Positions 1-43,927 are shown, counted from the first letter of the stretch. The stretch is DNA of 64,000 nucleotides from Lepidodermella squamata (GCA_047495785.1 JBLDXI010000017.1:186001-250000), one strand, 5' to 3'. The notes: generated from the sequence alone by a model not told the origin. Made by a program: numbers and translations.

Positions 1-235
1 TGTTGCTGGTATATATTTTTTCATAGATGACTGATCTGCCTCAGATGCAAATGCTATCCTAACCAGTAAAGCAAGTAACCATAAGTCGATCATTTTTATT
101 CAAACGCGGAAAAGCCACCAAAGTTCAGTTGATATGCAATGAAAAATCGAAAATCATGATGTTGTAAGGCAAACAAACAATTAAATCCGTGTCTTTTTGG
201 GAAAAATGTAATTGAAATATGGGCCTTCAAAAGGA

Positions 236-1504
236 TTATGAAGAATATGCAGCTAAACAGAAAATTGTTACCACAAAAATAATGTTAACCAGGAAAAAAA
301 TGAAGAAGAAAGTTATATCGAGAACGATTATCAGTCTGATTTTACCTTTCCTGAACCTCATCACTTTCTCAGCCCATCCAAAGCCATCACACAAGCACAA
401 GGTGATCAACGAGTAGATCGTGCACATCATCCCCGAAATGACTTGGAACGTCATGAATACGATGGCATAACACACATCTGATGAAACTGGCAGTGTACTG
501 CTGACAGAGGAGTACAATACAGCCTGAGCTAGCACAACTGTTATGCAGTAGACAGACCTATCAGGATGGCTAGGTGACATCATGCAGCATCCTAAAAGCA
601 GAATTGACATGCATAGGCTCGGTAAGAATATCGACAACAAGAAAATCCCCGCTTTGCGCTTGAAGCGAAAATTGAATTGAACTTTGTCGTATTCGGGGTT
701 AAGCACACTGGGAGTATTGTCATATAGTGTTATGTTTACAGAATAGTCAGAGCCCAGAAGTCTCCAGACCGAGTCGTGACTTACGAAGTTATTGTTTTCT
801 GAACCAACGAGTTGACTAATGTCAGGATCTCGAACAAATCTGACATTTTTGATCGAGTACCAAGATTCAATGACAATTAAACACGTCTGCTCGTCGAAGG
901 GGAATTTCTTCAAACTATTAGGAAATCTTGAATTATGAAATTTCTTAATCCGTCTGATATCTTACTTTAATGGGCAGAAGGATTTGAAGTTGTAAATAGT
1001 AGGAATTAACATGATTCCGCTTGGGTACAGGTAAACTAGGCCATAATTTTCCCGGTAGTCATTCAGTGCGTTCACATCATCAAGAGCATTTGGCTGCGTG
1101 AATTTTGGTTTCCAAACTTCCGAAGCCTTAAATTCGAGGGCTGCGATGCCATTTTCAGACTTGTTCCATTTGGCACAAGGGTGACTCCAGGCAATGTCAA
1201 GCTCGGCGTGAAGTGAAAACCTTTGTATTTTAATAATAGGAGAAAACGTTTAGAATTTCTTAACTCACTTCTGATCATGATCGGTAATTTCCTGAAATCG
1301 TATTGGCATTAGTGTTACGGTGACATTCATTACATCAGAGGCTCGAAGAACTGGCCTCTCTAGAGATAGCACGTTACAGCGAGCTATTATATCTCTCTTA
1401 AAGACAGCTGTAGGGGGTACAAATTCGGCTTGAAGGTCATCACATGTGATCAAGTTCCAAAACATCGTGAACATCGTAGAGGCAAGGATCGTTTGGCTAT
1501 GCAT
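236..1504 (-). CDS. Cys-loop ligand-gated ion channel subunit (copy A), 3 exons: 1504-1269, 1220-966, 914-236, ~389 aa
   Basis: Signal peptide, W-x-P motif, Cys-loop FCPL/KKFPFDEQTC, four hydrophobic helices. GT-AG introns give a continuous frame when spliced by hand. Confidence 0.85.
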
Positions 1505-1751
1505 TCCAACCCTAGCCTTAGAAAAATCATATAGCAACATCATCCTAAATGAAAATCCCTGCTATGATTTTCTGAGTTCATGTCTGGGATTTGAGCTGTT
1601 TGTCAACGTGTTCAAGGTCGAGCGAGCTCGGAAAAGTCTGGAATTTAATTTACGGCAGCATATTTGTGTGTATATTGCAATAGCAATAACTGAAAAGTGG
1701 GGAAAACAAAATACTTCATCCACAACACATAGTCTTTATTAAAAAATTGAA

Positions 1752-2999
1752 TCAATAAGCAGCTAACATGAAAATCACTAGATCAGATAGGAAATTCGCA
1801 AAGAAGAAAAACACGAAGAAAACAACGTCGACCAACCGAACCAGTCCAATTTCGAAAAATAATATTTTGAAGCGTAATTTTTGAACGCGTTCAACGCCGC
1901 TCAGAAATAATGCGATAAGGGTGTAGATTGTGCAAATTACTGCAGAAATCAGCTGAAAAGTCATGAAAATTAACGCGTAACAAACGTCGGCCGATTCCGG
2001 CAAAGCGCTGTTAACCGAAGATTGGAAAACAGCTTGGGCCAGAACCACCGCTATACAGTAATTAGGTCGGTCTGGCTCACTCGGTGACATGAACACACAC
2101 GACAGCAAAAGTAGAGAAATAGCAATACTGGGCAGAAATAGAGTCAATAGAAACGTTTCTGGCTTGCGCTTGAATTTGAACGTAAATTTGACAGAGCCGT
2201 AGACGTAGTTCTTTACACCGTAGTATTCGGTAGATTCCAATGATTGGTTTGAATCCATAAGCATCCAAACCGATGCTGGTGTAAGAAAATTCTGATCGTT
2301 TGCCCTGACCAGCTGCATGACACCTTCTTTTAGCTTGAATCTCTGAGTAGGATTCGAGTACCACGATTCGATGGTGATTGAACAAACTTGCTCGTCGAAC
2401 GGGAATTTCTTCAAGCTACAAAAGCATTATTTTAACTAAGAACTGAATAAAGGGCTCACTCTAATCGACAAAAGGACTTGAAATTGAACAACAGGGGGAG
2501 AGACATCTCGCCCTCGGCTTTCGCATAAACTGATCCTTTCTCTTCTTTGTAATCATGAAGCGCGTTATTATCCTCGAATGCGCTTGGTTGAGTAAATTTC
2601 GGGGTCCAAGTTTCTGATGCACTGAATTCAAATGATCTGGCTCCACCATATTCCGTCGCGTTCCACTTCGCACAAGGATGACTCCAATGAATGTCCAACT
2701 CACCGAGTACGGAAAACCTTAAAAATTACATGAAATAACTTTGAATATGCGGTTACAAAATTATCAAACATCTGCTCTCGATCGTTGATTTCTCTAAACC
2801 GAAGAGGCACAAATGAAACGGTGACAGTCACTGAATCAGTGATGTTCATGACAGGTCTTCCCTTGCTAAGCAGCGAGCATCGGGACACGATATCACTTCT
2901 GTAAGCATCTGAAGGTGGCACGAATCGGTGGGAATTCTCTAGTCCATAAGCTAAGGACAAGCTCAGGAGAGTTAAAAGTCCAATTATTGAAAAAGCCAT
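1752..2999 (-). CDS. Cys-loop ligand-gated ion channel subunit (copy B), exons 2999-2770, 2717-2460, 2415-1752
   Basis: Same exon structure and phases as copy A; FCRL/KKFPFDEQVC Cys-loop; M1-M4. Confidence 0.85.
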
Positions 3000-3477
3000 T
3001 TATGATTCAAATTCTTTTTTTAGGCCCAGGGCGGACCGTGGCCTGTGGCAACAGGAGATGACGTACATTTATGCTCTACCGGATATTTGAAATATCGCTC
3101 ATGTTTGCAGGGATCGGAACAGCTTCAATTTGCCGATAGCAAGTTGCTGGCATCAAATCAAATTTTGCAGACAGATCCCACAGATTACGTGATCAGGTAT
3201 CATAGATGCAGGTCAACTTTTATCTGTGTTAGGCACCATTCAATTCGCTGCTTTAAGCGCAATCCACTTCAGAGTCTTTAACGGTGGAATGATAAATTGC
3301 TTTGATTGATAATCTTCATTACAACTGTATTCCGCCATGATTTAACTTATTTTGACGTTAAATAGTTGACTTCTGACCTTGTAGTGTGCCTTATAACAGA
3401 TTTTCTAATCGAAATGGCAAAAATTAAAGTATTTGTGGTCTTCAATATTCTCCCGCCGTTGACCGCTGAAATGAAAC

Positions 3478-3725
3478 CTATTTTGGGCCTGCAATTTCAT
3501 TTTTAAGAAGATGCAGTAAAAGAAACAGGTCAATGAAACGAACAGGTTTTAGCCGGTACCTTCCGCCGCTGATGTATGGCTTGGAAGAGCGGATGTGATC
3601 ATTCACGCAAGAGGCAATTATTGTATATGTCGTGCGCACGGCCCCAAAAACGAATTGGCATGTCATGATCATTTCGATCATTTCTGCCGACTGAGCGAGT
3701 TACCGGCATCTGACTGGAGAACAGC
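3478..3725 (-). pseudogene. pLGIC 3' fragment (M3-M4 region)
   Basis: IMTCQFVFGAVRTTYTIIASCV...GGRYRLKPVRFID matches the M3-M4 part of copy E; no upstream exons seen. Confidence 0.7.
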
Positions 3726-4837
3726 TAATTAGCTAATTCGCCAATTCAAAGAATACCGTAAATTAATAAACAAGCCCAGGGCGGCACCTCTTTGTCTTGC
3801 AAAAATTGACATCCGATTTTTGTCATCAGGGAATGCGGTTTCGGGCGCCTGCTTTGTTATCTCAAATAATCGAAGGTGAAATACTCGCCAAATCCTAATC
3901 TAAGCTCGGCAAACAAATTCATATTGATATTGAATTCAGAAAATTATTTGTACTTCGTTAGCGACGTGGTATAAGGAACCACCAATCTGCACGAAATGTG
4001 TTCCTGCATATACGCGCTAAACATATTACTTGAATCTCTATTTCTTGAGCATAAGAATAGGAACCGATTTTGTCCTCAAAATGCTTCAAATTCCAACTTC
4101 ATAATCTAAATGACTTCTCAAACATGAGAAATATGAGAACGTCAGAATGAGTTCTATGCCACAAAAAATCACCCAATAGTTGGGTTGGTTATCAACTTGT
4201 GAATCCCCATAAATTAGAACCATGTGAGTACCCTCGACGAGCGATTTTCAAAATTTATCTGAATTCATGCATTCGGGAAATGAATTAGCGTGTTTTATCG
4301 TGCCCCGTACAGTAGGTATTATCTACCTAGCTAATCAACTGTAGCTCATCTCATATCTATCCAGGTTTGAAACGCTTCAGCCATTATACATTAGATCGTG
4401 CAACAAAAGAATTAACCCGAATGAAGCGGTAGCGCCACAGATTTTTCAAGGAGTTCAGAAGTTTCAATTGTGCTAGCTTTCGATATCGATAATATTGCAA
4501 TTGATCCATGGGAAACTCAGCAATCTGGAAGAGCCATTTTATTTGTGTGATTTCCGTGTTAATTCCATCCCTGAATGGCACACTCAATGCAAAATGCTTT
4601 ATTAAAATATGAGCCAGTATATTGATAGTGGAGCTTGGCATCAGGCCTTTTTACGAATTCCTTCATGCAATATACATATACACTTCTGTTTTAGTCAACA
4701 TTCTGCCAATAAATAGCATTGTGATTACTGCATTGCCGTGTAATTAAATAAATATTTGCGCTAATTAGTGCAAATCATTTATTAATAGCGGCAAAGACAT
4801 CTAGATGACTGGCTAGATTCGTTTTATACGAGGAAGA

Positions 4838-6093
4838 ATGCTACTGACAAGTTATTTTCTGATACAAATTTCCATCTCCATTGCACAGCCACAAGACCCA
4901 GCATCGAAGTTTCAACCTTTAACTGAAGGTTTGAAAAATGATATCACCACCCGGTGCAATTTTCTTAGCAAAGAACAGCCAGTAACTGAGCCAGGAGAAG
5001 TAACCGTTGTTACCGTAACTTTTGTCCCCTTTCGCTTCAAGGAAATTCACGATCGGGAACAGAGGTATTTTAATGCAGCTTGCTAAAACTTAGAATAAAG
5101 TCATCAATCATCTAGATTCTCGATCATTGGCGAGTTTGATGTCTACTGGAAGCACCCTTGCATGCAATGGAACGCGACTGAAACCGGAGTTAGCGTGCTT
5201 GAATTCAGTGCATCTGATTGCTGGACGCCAAAGTTTGTTCACTCAAATTCCTTCACCGACGTGATTGCTATCAATAACTACAAAGAAGCGAATGGTCTCG
5301 TTTATCCTGGTTCGGATGGAGTAACATACACCCCAGTCCTATTCAACTTCGACTCATTTTGTCAACTCGAGTAAGATTTGTATTTTCTGATCTTCAAAAA
5401 CGTTTCTCTTCGCTTTCTAGCTTAAAGAAATTTCCGTTCGACGAGCAAACCTGCTCCATAGTGATTGAATCTTGGTACTCATCGAATCGCGTCCATTTCG
5501 TGAGGAAGGAAGGCATTACACAGCTGGCAGATCCGAAAGATGAAAATATCATCAGTCCTTCGACAGTTTGGAGACTCCTAGAATCCAATTATACTGTCAT
5601 ACCTAGGAAATACGAGGGTTTAGCGGATACAACGGGAGATGTCTATGACAACGCGATTTTCACGTTCAAGTTCAAACGGAAGCCGAGTACCTACCTGATC
5701 ACGGTGTTTATGCCAAGCTTCGCGATTGCTATGCTTTTGATAACCTGTGGCTTTATGTCGCCGAAACACCCCGATCGCCCGGCCTATTGCATAACTGTGG
5801 TTCTAGCTCAGGCAGTGCTTCAATCAGCTGTGAGTGACGCCCTACCCCAGTCGGCGGAAGTCAGCTATGCTATAATTTTTATGAGCTGCCAGTTAGTCGC
5901 AGGTGTGGTTTGTACGATTTACTCGCTGATAGCGTCTTGTGTTTCGGAACTGGAGGCGTTTGAGAAGCCGTACTTTATCGGCGGAAGAGTGAGGGTGAGC
6001 TATGCTCGATTTATGGATATACTTTTTTTCAGCGTATTTTTTGTTGTTAATCTTGTCATCGATGCAACCATATTCTCTCTCGCTGCTTTCTAA
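4838..6093 (+). CDS. Cys-loop ligand-gated ion channel subunit (copy D), exons 4838-5064, 5116-5370, 5421-6093
   Basis: Phase-compatible GT-AG introns, FCQL/KKFPFDEQTC, four TM segments. Confidence 0.85.
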
Positions 6094-6504
6094 AATGAAA
6101 TAAAAATGAAATTGAAATATCTAATGGCATTGATAATACTGGTATGTCCGCAGCAGCAAAATAGAAACAGATGGCCTGAAGAGTGGGTCCGATATTTCAG
6201 TTTCCTAATTCCTACAACAGTATAATCTTTGGTGCTACCAATTTATAGCTATTCCCTCAGTCTTGCCAATCGAGCATTATCAGCTCGTTGTCTTTTACCC
6301 TGGCGATGAGTATAATCGTTTCAGGGTCATTTCGCCCGCAAAAAACTTCCTGATTCATTTAACGCCTGCTACACCAAGACTCGCTAGCTTGCTGAGGAGA
6401 TTGACGATCAAGAGGTGAAACAGCTGATGAGGTTCCGCTAGAACGGGCTGTTTGATTATAATGAGGTTATTATTAGCATTGGAATTCTTAAAATATTGTA
6501 CCTG

Positions 6505-6750
6505 TTTCAGCCGACCAGGAAATGGACACTGCATCAGGATCATTATTTCTGATAACGGCCGATGAATCAACTATAATGCAATACAAACCACACAATTCGG
6601 GCCCCACCGTCATTTGGGGTGTGTTTGGCATGGGTTTATGATTTATCCTTACATTTATCCTTATAGTCTTGAAAAAGTCTATGAGTAATGAGTACAAGCT
6701 TCTCATAGAAACCGTTTTACTAGATTGTCACCTTCATGAATTTTACTCAT
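6505..6750. repeat. ~230-bp noncoding segment present three times (also ~42705-42930 and ~47522-47780)
   Basis: Shared sequence tgtttcagccg...gacactgcatcaggatcatt...tttggcatgggtt...catgaattttactc in all three copies. Confidence 0.75.
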
Positions 6751-6830
6751 AGCTGAAAACAAATTACACGAGTAGTCTGACGTCCCAGTTCCCAGTACAT
6801 TCATTCATCCAAAATTGAAATGAATTTCGT

Positions 6831-36419
<29,589 letters not shown>

Positions 36420-36456
36420 TATCAGCGGAAGCAAATGTTGACAGGAGAGGATTATC

Positions 36457-36780
36457 CCCACGTGCGCATTAAATGTTGGTAAATTTTATATCACTTGCGC
36501 ATTTCGAATCGAATTATGGGGTTGGCTTCATTATCAGGACATTAAATTAGGAGATTTTCATGAAAGAAATGGCATATCGATGATATTACAGGGTTCCCGG
36601 TAAGTTTCCATTCCTGCAACATCCAGTTCCTTGCAGTTTCTAGCAAAGAAAATTGATCATTTAGATTCGATCCATGACCTTAACCCTTCTTTAAATGCCT
36701 GAATAACGGAGCCAACCTCATAATTCGATTATAAATGCGTAAGTGATACAAAATTTGCTAAAATTTAATGCGCGAATGGG
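36457..36780. mobile_element. Foldback/MITE-like element just upstream of the pLGIC copy E start codon
   Basis: Imperfect ~90-bp inverted repeats; absent at the equivalent position of the paralog (~49130). Confidence 0.6.
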
Positions 36781-38039
36781 AAATGTGCAAGTGGGGTACA
36801 CCCACAGCAAATGGCTCTATCACGCACATAGCCACATAATAACAAACGCATCCTACAAACGCAAGTGGGAATCTGGAACGAAGTGTCTTCTTTTGGGACT
36901 ATTTCCGTTAGCCTAATTTTTTACTGGCAGAGACTATGTTCCTTGTTTGCAAATTATTTACGGTTTTGATGGTCGATCAAGTCCCAAGAGAATATCAAAA
37001 GTCAATACAAACACACTCTAAAACTTCACATGGTTTTCGTTTTTACGAAAGCCGGATTACACCCGGCAAAATGTTAGAAAACCTAGTCGTCGAATCGCTA
37101 CGCCGGAAGTAGCGGGTCTCGCAAAGGCAAACCAATTCACAAACCAGGTGACGTAGATATCTACGTCACATGGGAAAACCTAGAACATGAACCGGGATGC
37201 GGCTGTAACCAGTGAATCGCCCTACTGAAAGTAGGGATTTCGCTTCACGCGCGCGATAAATCCGTCATGAATTTGATGCTTTTTGAACTTTGCCGACTCC
37301 GTTCTCAATTTTCCTCAGAATAGGGTGATAGGTATTATTGAGACTTGTTGGGATATAATCTCAGCAAATAATCTTTATTCTTTATTCTTTATTCTTATTC
37401 TTTTTCGCGAACAACAGTGGCGAAATGGTCATAGCTACAAAATGTCACGGCGCCTCATTACTGACGTCAAATAGTTATTAAGGTCAAGCTGTTTAACATA
37501 GTTTTTTTTAATTATTATGAGAATTACTAATATAATCAGTAGGTATTGAATTCCAGAGAGGCCTCACACGCCTAAGAAAGGAAAATCTAAAAGAATCAAT
37601 ATTTGAGGTTAAGGCATAATATGTCTCTGCTGAGACGACGTTCCTCTTGTTTCCGCAAGTCGAGAATTTTCAGTCGATCATCATACTCAAGCCCATCAAC
37701 AGATGTAAAATAAGATGATCCCGGACATGACAATTTTTTGGTAAAATTAATTTGAATACTTTCCAGATCATCAATTTCATCTGTGATGGCAACTCTCCAA
37801 TGGCATCATCTTTCCAGTAGTTCCTGTGGATCCTGTCAACTGAGACACCCAAATGTACCCCGAACAGCCTGCCGAACTGCATGAAATATGAGCACCTGAA
37901 TATTAATGAACCTTAGTGTCGCCCTTGATGGTAATTAAACCCTGCTAATGCTGTTGTCAGAGACAAGTCAGAAAGGTAGTTAAAGTATAACTAAAACCTG
38001 CCAGTTGTCGGAGTCCGCCGCCTCTTGCTTACACCATTG

Positions 38040-38195
38040 GCAAGCCGGCGGTAGAGTGGCGGTGAGCTATGCTCGATTGATGGATGTATACTTTTACAGC
38101 GCATTTGCTGTTTTTAATCTTGAAGTCGATGCAACCACATTCTCTCTTGCCTCTTGCTGCTTTTTAAAATAAAAAAAATGCAATTTAAATATCTA
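38040..38195 (+). pseudogene. pLGIC 3'-end fragment related to copy D
   Basis: ggcggtagagtggcggtgagctatgctcgat...gatgcaaccacattctctcttgc matches ~5980-6125. Confidence 0.65.
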
Positions 38196-39217
38196 ATAAA
38201 TGTTAGAGCACCGAGTTTTGATTCTAATTGAGAAATCAGTTGAGAAATCAAAACACGGCGGATTTTCAATAATCTTGAGTAAACGAAGACGAGCGAAAAC
38301 GAGCTAGCGAATTTTTCAAACTTAATTTTTTAATTCATCAGATACATTTTTGCTGTTTTCAATTAAAAATTAACAACCGATGCGGGGTCCCGAATTTCGG
38401 TCTACAAACGAGTTCTTTTAAGTAGGGTGCCACTAACGAGGGAGCACAACCAAGTACAAACAAGGATTGCAGATTCTGATATTCAGCGTATAATGTAACC
38501 GTACCCATCAAGTTTTGACATTGGCACACGCTGCCGCACCACATGCAGCAACTCTAATGCCAGTCATGGATGACTAGAAAATGACCCAGAGTCGTTTTTT
38601 AGATCCAGTTTCATCGATATCCAAATACTCTGCTGGGTCGGTTCTGCTGGGGTTGGTGGCCGGGAAATTGTGCTAATCAAGTGAAAGAAGCGCGGTCTGC
38701 GAAGCTTCATACTATCAAATCGACAATCGCAGCAAAAATAGTTGGACTTGGACTCAAATCTTCCTCTGAGCTCCACTTTAAACACGAACACACTGAGCAC
38801 ACTTTTTGCAGTACACAGTTTATTAGGTACTATCATCAAGTGATTTCTTCCGGCATGCGACCCAAAAAGCTGGCGATAAGTCATCTCGGCACACATTATC
38901 ACTGATTTGTCAACACACCAGCCTCGCCAGATACAACCAGCACACCTAAAACAATAATTTTGAGAGAACGGTTTTTTGACGGTTTTGAGATGATGATCAT
39001 GAGATGATCACTCCAAAAATGCATAAAAAATCATAGACGCAATATCAAATGACAAAAATGATATAATACTAAATGGCAAAAAATATATCATAGCCGGGGT
39101 TAAGCCAGACAATTTAGACCTGAATTGTCTGGCTTGTAGGTAAGTGCAAGGTGTTACCTAACTATGCATTAAGGAAAGCTTTTTGGCTTCGATTTTTGTG
39201 CGTCTTATGGGATTTTT

Positions 39218-41614
39218 TTAAGTTTTTTCTAGCAGAATCTTTCTTGAAAAAAACTCACCATTTGCTGGATTATTACAGATGTTGACCAAATGCTTTGTCA
39301 TATTCGCTTCGAGTTCTTCCCGCTCGAAATAGTTAGAGATGCTGGGAGGTAGGCGCGAGGCGTAAAATCGATTCGAAACCACTGGTATTTTGAGAAGTAG
39401 ACGGATTCGCGAGCATATTTCATTCGCATCGCTCTCCAAGTGCATTGGATCAGTTCTCAGGACTGTCTGAGTTGAATTAGTGGAATTAGCATGCTGGTCT
39501 AAATTGTCTCCTAGATTCACATGGAGGATTTTCTTCCCCTTGGAGATAACATAGTCGACTTCTTTTGCGTAAAGTGAAGCTTCCGGATTATAAGGTTCAC
39601 TTAGAAAGGCAACAACGATATTAGCCCAGTCAACTTTCTGATATAGTAAACATTAAAACGAGTCGAATTTAGAAGAGACTGAAAACTTGCCTTGGTCATC
39701 CGCTGATCAAGTAAACTAAGACTTTCACGTATATCAGGTCATGAGACGTACTATAGGACGCCGCGGCTTCGAAGCTCCCATTACATGACCCCGCGGCTGT
39801 CACCCACTGTGCGTAATTATTCTGTGCATGACATTTAATTTTTAGTCCAGTAATTTCGAAATTAATTTTTTTTTAATTTTTTAAATGTCAATAACTAAAA
39901 ACTGCTGAGAATTCATTTACAGCAAAAGATCGGCCAGACGCTGAGTAAAGATGTGTTGATCTTGTTGATCTTAAGCAAAAAAGAAGCTTGAGATGATTGC
40001 AAAAAGTGTAATGAGATGATTCATTGGTCGAGTTGGATTTTGGACCTCATTAAAAATATCAAGCTTTTTCTGATTCTCAGCAAGCCGCGGCGCCCTATAG
40101 TACGTCTCATGTATCAGGTATAAGCGCTTAAAGTATCATTAATTAAAGAGGAAAAAGGAAAAAACATCAGAAGTGATATAATCGCTATAGAAACTTGCAG
40201 ATTGGATTGGGCTGTAATTGACCCCGCCAAGGGAGCAGAACAGTGCTACGGCAATGATGATGGCTGCAGGTATGCTGACGACTTTCAGGATGATAAGTGC
40301 CTTCTTTGTGCGATTTGGTCGCTTGGGCTTGTTGCCGCCGCCCGCGTCATTGATATCAACTGAGAGTAAACTGTGATTTGCTGAATCGGCTGGCATCGCG
40401 GAAGCGTGAGTCGAATTCTAGCCAAAACGTGGATCACATGAATAAAGACTTGAATCATCGATAATTCATTTTGAAGTTTAAGCTGCAAATTTTGAACGTT
40501 GTGAGTATTATACCGAATTAGATTGCAGAAGCTACATAAAGGACAGGTCTTGTTTATAAGGCAGGGATTGTGGGTTGATAGGTAAAATTATAAGGCAGAG
40601 CCTTGTAAATCGGTAATTATGAATAATGAATTGAATAAACTTGCCACGGTGGGCGCTTGAGAATCGTTAAAATAACTATCACCGAATGTAAAGTTGGCGA
40701 GAGAAATTGGATTTTTCAGTTCAGTGTTCGGCAAAATGAGCGACTCGAACCAGTTAGCCTCCGAATTTGTGGTAAAAAAAGGGCTGGCTACCAAATCCTT
40801 CACCGTAGCCCTTGATTTACAATCCGTTTTCAGCATTGACTGGATGAACGTGAGGAATGCATCTGAATAGGGACAGTCTTTGTCGAATGTTGGTGGATCG
40901 CCGTCGACTATTTCACGACTATCCTTTAGATGTGAGATGCGCTTTCATAGGATGCCGAATTTCCAAGAGGCAGTAATTACTGTTTTACGACGATTCGCCA
41001 ACTCGAGCAAAGTGACACCAAGGGACCACAAATCGCCGGCTTCTGAGTAATCGTCCTCTGATTACTGCGGGCGTGTATTGCTGCAATGGCTGATACAAGC
41101 TGGCAAGCCCAGCCACGGATCAATTATTCCGAAATCGGCTCTTGAATATTTTTAACGTATGCTTCCAAATCGCCACCGGGGTAGAAATCCATCACAAGAT
41201 AGTACATCGAGTCTCCGATTTGCCATTTCTTCCCATATTCCTCTGTTTCGTCCATTTGTAGCAATATTTCTGTAGTAGAAAGATAATCATATTATGCAAT
41301 CATATGCTAGGAAGTTCGAGCCCGCGTAATGTTATTACCGAGAAGCTTCTCATGCTAGCAAAGGCATGTAGGTACAGTCATTTATCGCAAACAGTAAGGT
41401 GAAGCTATACCTCTTCGCGGCTTCTTCTCACGAGTTGTTCAGCCCTTGATTGATCCGCGCCATATTTTCGGGAAACTGCGCTAAGGTTGACCTTTTTAAT
41501 GGCGTAATAAGCCAAATCCCCTTTCACTTGGCACCGATAAACAGACCCGAATGCTCCCTCCCCTAAGGCTTCAAAGTCATCGAAGTCTTCTATCGATGAA
41601 AACCTTGCGGCCAT
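39218..41614 (-). pseudogene. Ser/Thr kinase pseudogene followed by TM, TIR-like and pre-NTPase-like remnants
   Basis: LGEGAFGSVY, YAIKKV, YLVMDFYPGGDL and DLWSLG are present; there is an in-frame stop and the HRD-DFG-APE segment is missing. Downstream: ANIVVAFLSEPY...KEVDY...KKILHV. Confidence 0.6.
39740..40111. mobile_element. Non-autonomous DNA transposon (MITE; 8-bp TSD, P/hAT-type)
   Basis: ~30-bp TIR CATGAGACGTACTATAGG(A/G)CGCCGCGGCTT; TSD TATCAGGT at 39732-39739 and 40112-40119. Confidence 0.9.
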
Positions 41615-41650
41615 TCTCGACCAATCGACGATACACCCAAGAAAACAGAA

Positions 41651-42598
41651 TTATACAGGCAATAAAAATGTCGGTTTCGTGTTGATTCGATAGCTAACAA
41701 CAAACGGCTGGTCTTCATCTTCAGGCTCTTCCATTCTCGCATCGCACCAGTTTTGCAACTCCACTGTACTAATTGGTCCGCTCAAATGAATAGCTTCTTC
41801 ACGTGAAAGACCTGTTCGCATTAAGGCTTCGATTCGCTCCTCCCGCCTTATCCGGTACTTCAGGTTTCGGAGTGACTTCAAACCTGCTCGTCCTGTGAAA
41901 TCCCCAAGACCCGCAGCGCGTGTCATCGTTCGAGGCTTCTTCGGTCGAGTGTTCGGGTCCGAATTCTTGACGTAGGCGATCAGCTGAGGTGTTATTCGAC
42001 GATCAACCTCCTCGTGATTGTGCGTTCCGCTGAACCGCTCCGCTTGTGATTGTGAAATTTGCACTTGCCATAAACCTGCCCTCGTCCATTGGTCCCGTTG
42101 ATGTAAAGGTCGTATCGGCGAAGCCAATCAAGTGACTGCTGTAGCCCACCCCGTGGAGCCGATGGTCGGACATACTGGTCGTATTCATAAGTTCGCTTAA
42201 CAGGCTGTTCATCCGCATCTTCTTCGCTGGTTCCTTCACTGCGATCTTCTGATTCTCCATCAGATTCGCCATCGGATTCGGACTCCGAGGAAGAGTAGAG
42301 GTTCAGCGGCAAATTTGCCACGAAAACAGAGAAAATAAATAGCAATGGGAAAAGTGAAAACGCCATACGCCATTCTCAGATTGATGAAATGAATGGAAAA
42401 ACAGTCCGCTTTTAAAGCGTTTACTGCGCTAAAGCTGCGCCGAACCTGCGCCATCCACACGCCTGACACGCGCTGGAACAGCTTTATTTTGTCGGATGCC
42501 CTTGTCGGATGTTTTTAGTCACATTTTTGGTTGTCGGATGAAATAAGACATTGGTCGGATAAAAGAAGACATTGGTCGGATGAAAAAAGTCACACCCC
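41651..42598 (-). mobile_element. Truncated Mutator/MULE-like transposon (one end plus frameshifted N-terminal transposase fragment)
   Basis: GKC...GTHNH zinc-finger-like region and ELQNWC...DEDQPFVVSY; GTCGGAT subterminal repeats at 42490-42582; terminus GGGGTGTGAC on the minus strand. Confidence 0.5.
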
Positions 42599-43927
42599 TT
42601 TTTTGACAGCCGTGTAATTTCCGTGTAATTTATATTCTTCGGAAAAAGCTAAAATTTAAATGACGCCAAATCTAGCTTCGGAATAAAGTTCACGGAGCAA
42701 AAACCTGTTTCAGCCGGCCAGGAAAGTGACATTGCACCTGGATCATTATTTCCGAGATCGGCCGACGAATCAAACTCATAAACGAACTATTATTCTTGCC
42801 CCTACCGTCGTTTGGGGTGAGTTTGGCATGGGTTATGATTCATCCTTATGATTTTTCCTTAGCGTAAGGCTATGAGAACATACTTCTCAGAAACTGTTTT
42901 GAAAGATTATCACCCTCATGAATTTTACTCCTTTCGATACATATTATTACCGACTCCGTAAGCAAGCACATCGGGGGAGCAAGTGATCGAGCGGTCTAAG
43001 CACCAAAAGGCAACTTGCATAAAATAAAGAGTATGAGCATTGATTCTCTCTATAGGGTCGCTCAAAATGCCAAAACGATGTGCTCTGTTTCTGCTCTGTT
43101 TAATCATAGCTTTTGAGTCACTGGCGGCTATGCATTATTCTCGATTTATTCCTCATATTATACATAGATGTATGCAAGAAATACTGAATGTTATCAAAGA
43201 CGAGGCTATCGTTTTTTTAATGTCATGTTCTCTCTGCTGATTTGCCGCCAGTGTTTTCACTTTCGGCTTTCACTTCAGGCTTTCAGTCAAGATTGGCCAT
43301 CAAAACACCCAATGCTGGATATTTTAGGAACCGAGGGCTGTCCGTCGTCATTTGTGGCTGCTAGCGTTCAGCCCGTCGAGTATCATCGGTGAAGTCTTCG
43401 ATCTCTTCTCTCACCAATTGCAGCTTCACCAGACAAGTTGTTCAGCCATCAAAGCCTAGCCATTTTATCCGAGCAATTCAAGATGCAAAATGGGAATCCA
43501 AATCTTCCTCCAGCTTAGACTTGGCATACCTATCGTAGGGAATTGAGCGCGAAAAAGGAAAGGGGGTGAGAGGGGAAGGAAAGTAATGGCAATTGCCCCT
43601 CTTATTTTAAGGCCACCGGCCCCTAAAGTTGAGACGATCGCAACTATATCGCAACGATAATTATTGTATAGGGAATAATGCTTGGGTTAGTTGAAGTTTC
43701 AAAAAGGAAAAAAGACAACAGGTTATCTACATAATGAGTGTTCAGTTTCACCTAGACATTACTAGAAGTAATAAGCAAAAGCTGTGAACAACGTGACTTT
43801 TTATATGTTGTCTTATGGTTACATAGCAGTTATATAGCGGCCAGCAGCATGTTAGAAGTTTGATATATGCAGCATGTAGTGTGACCGTTAGCTCGTAACT
43901 GCGAAAATCAAATTAGCTAGCCGTTAA

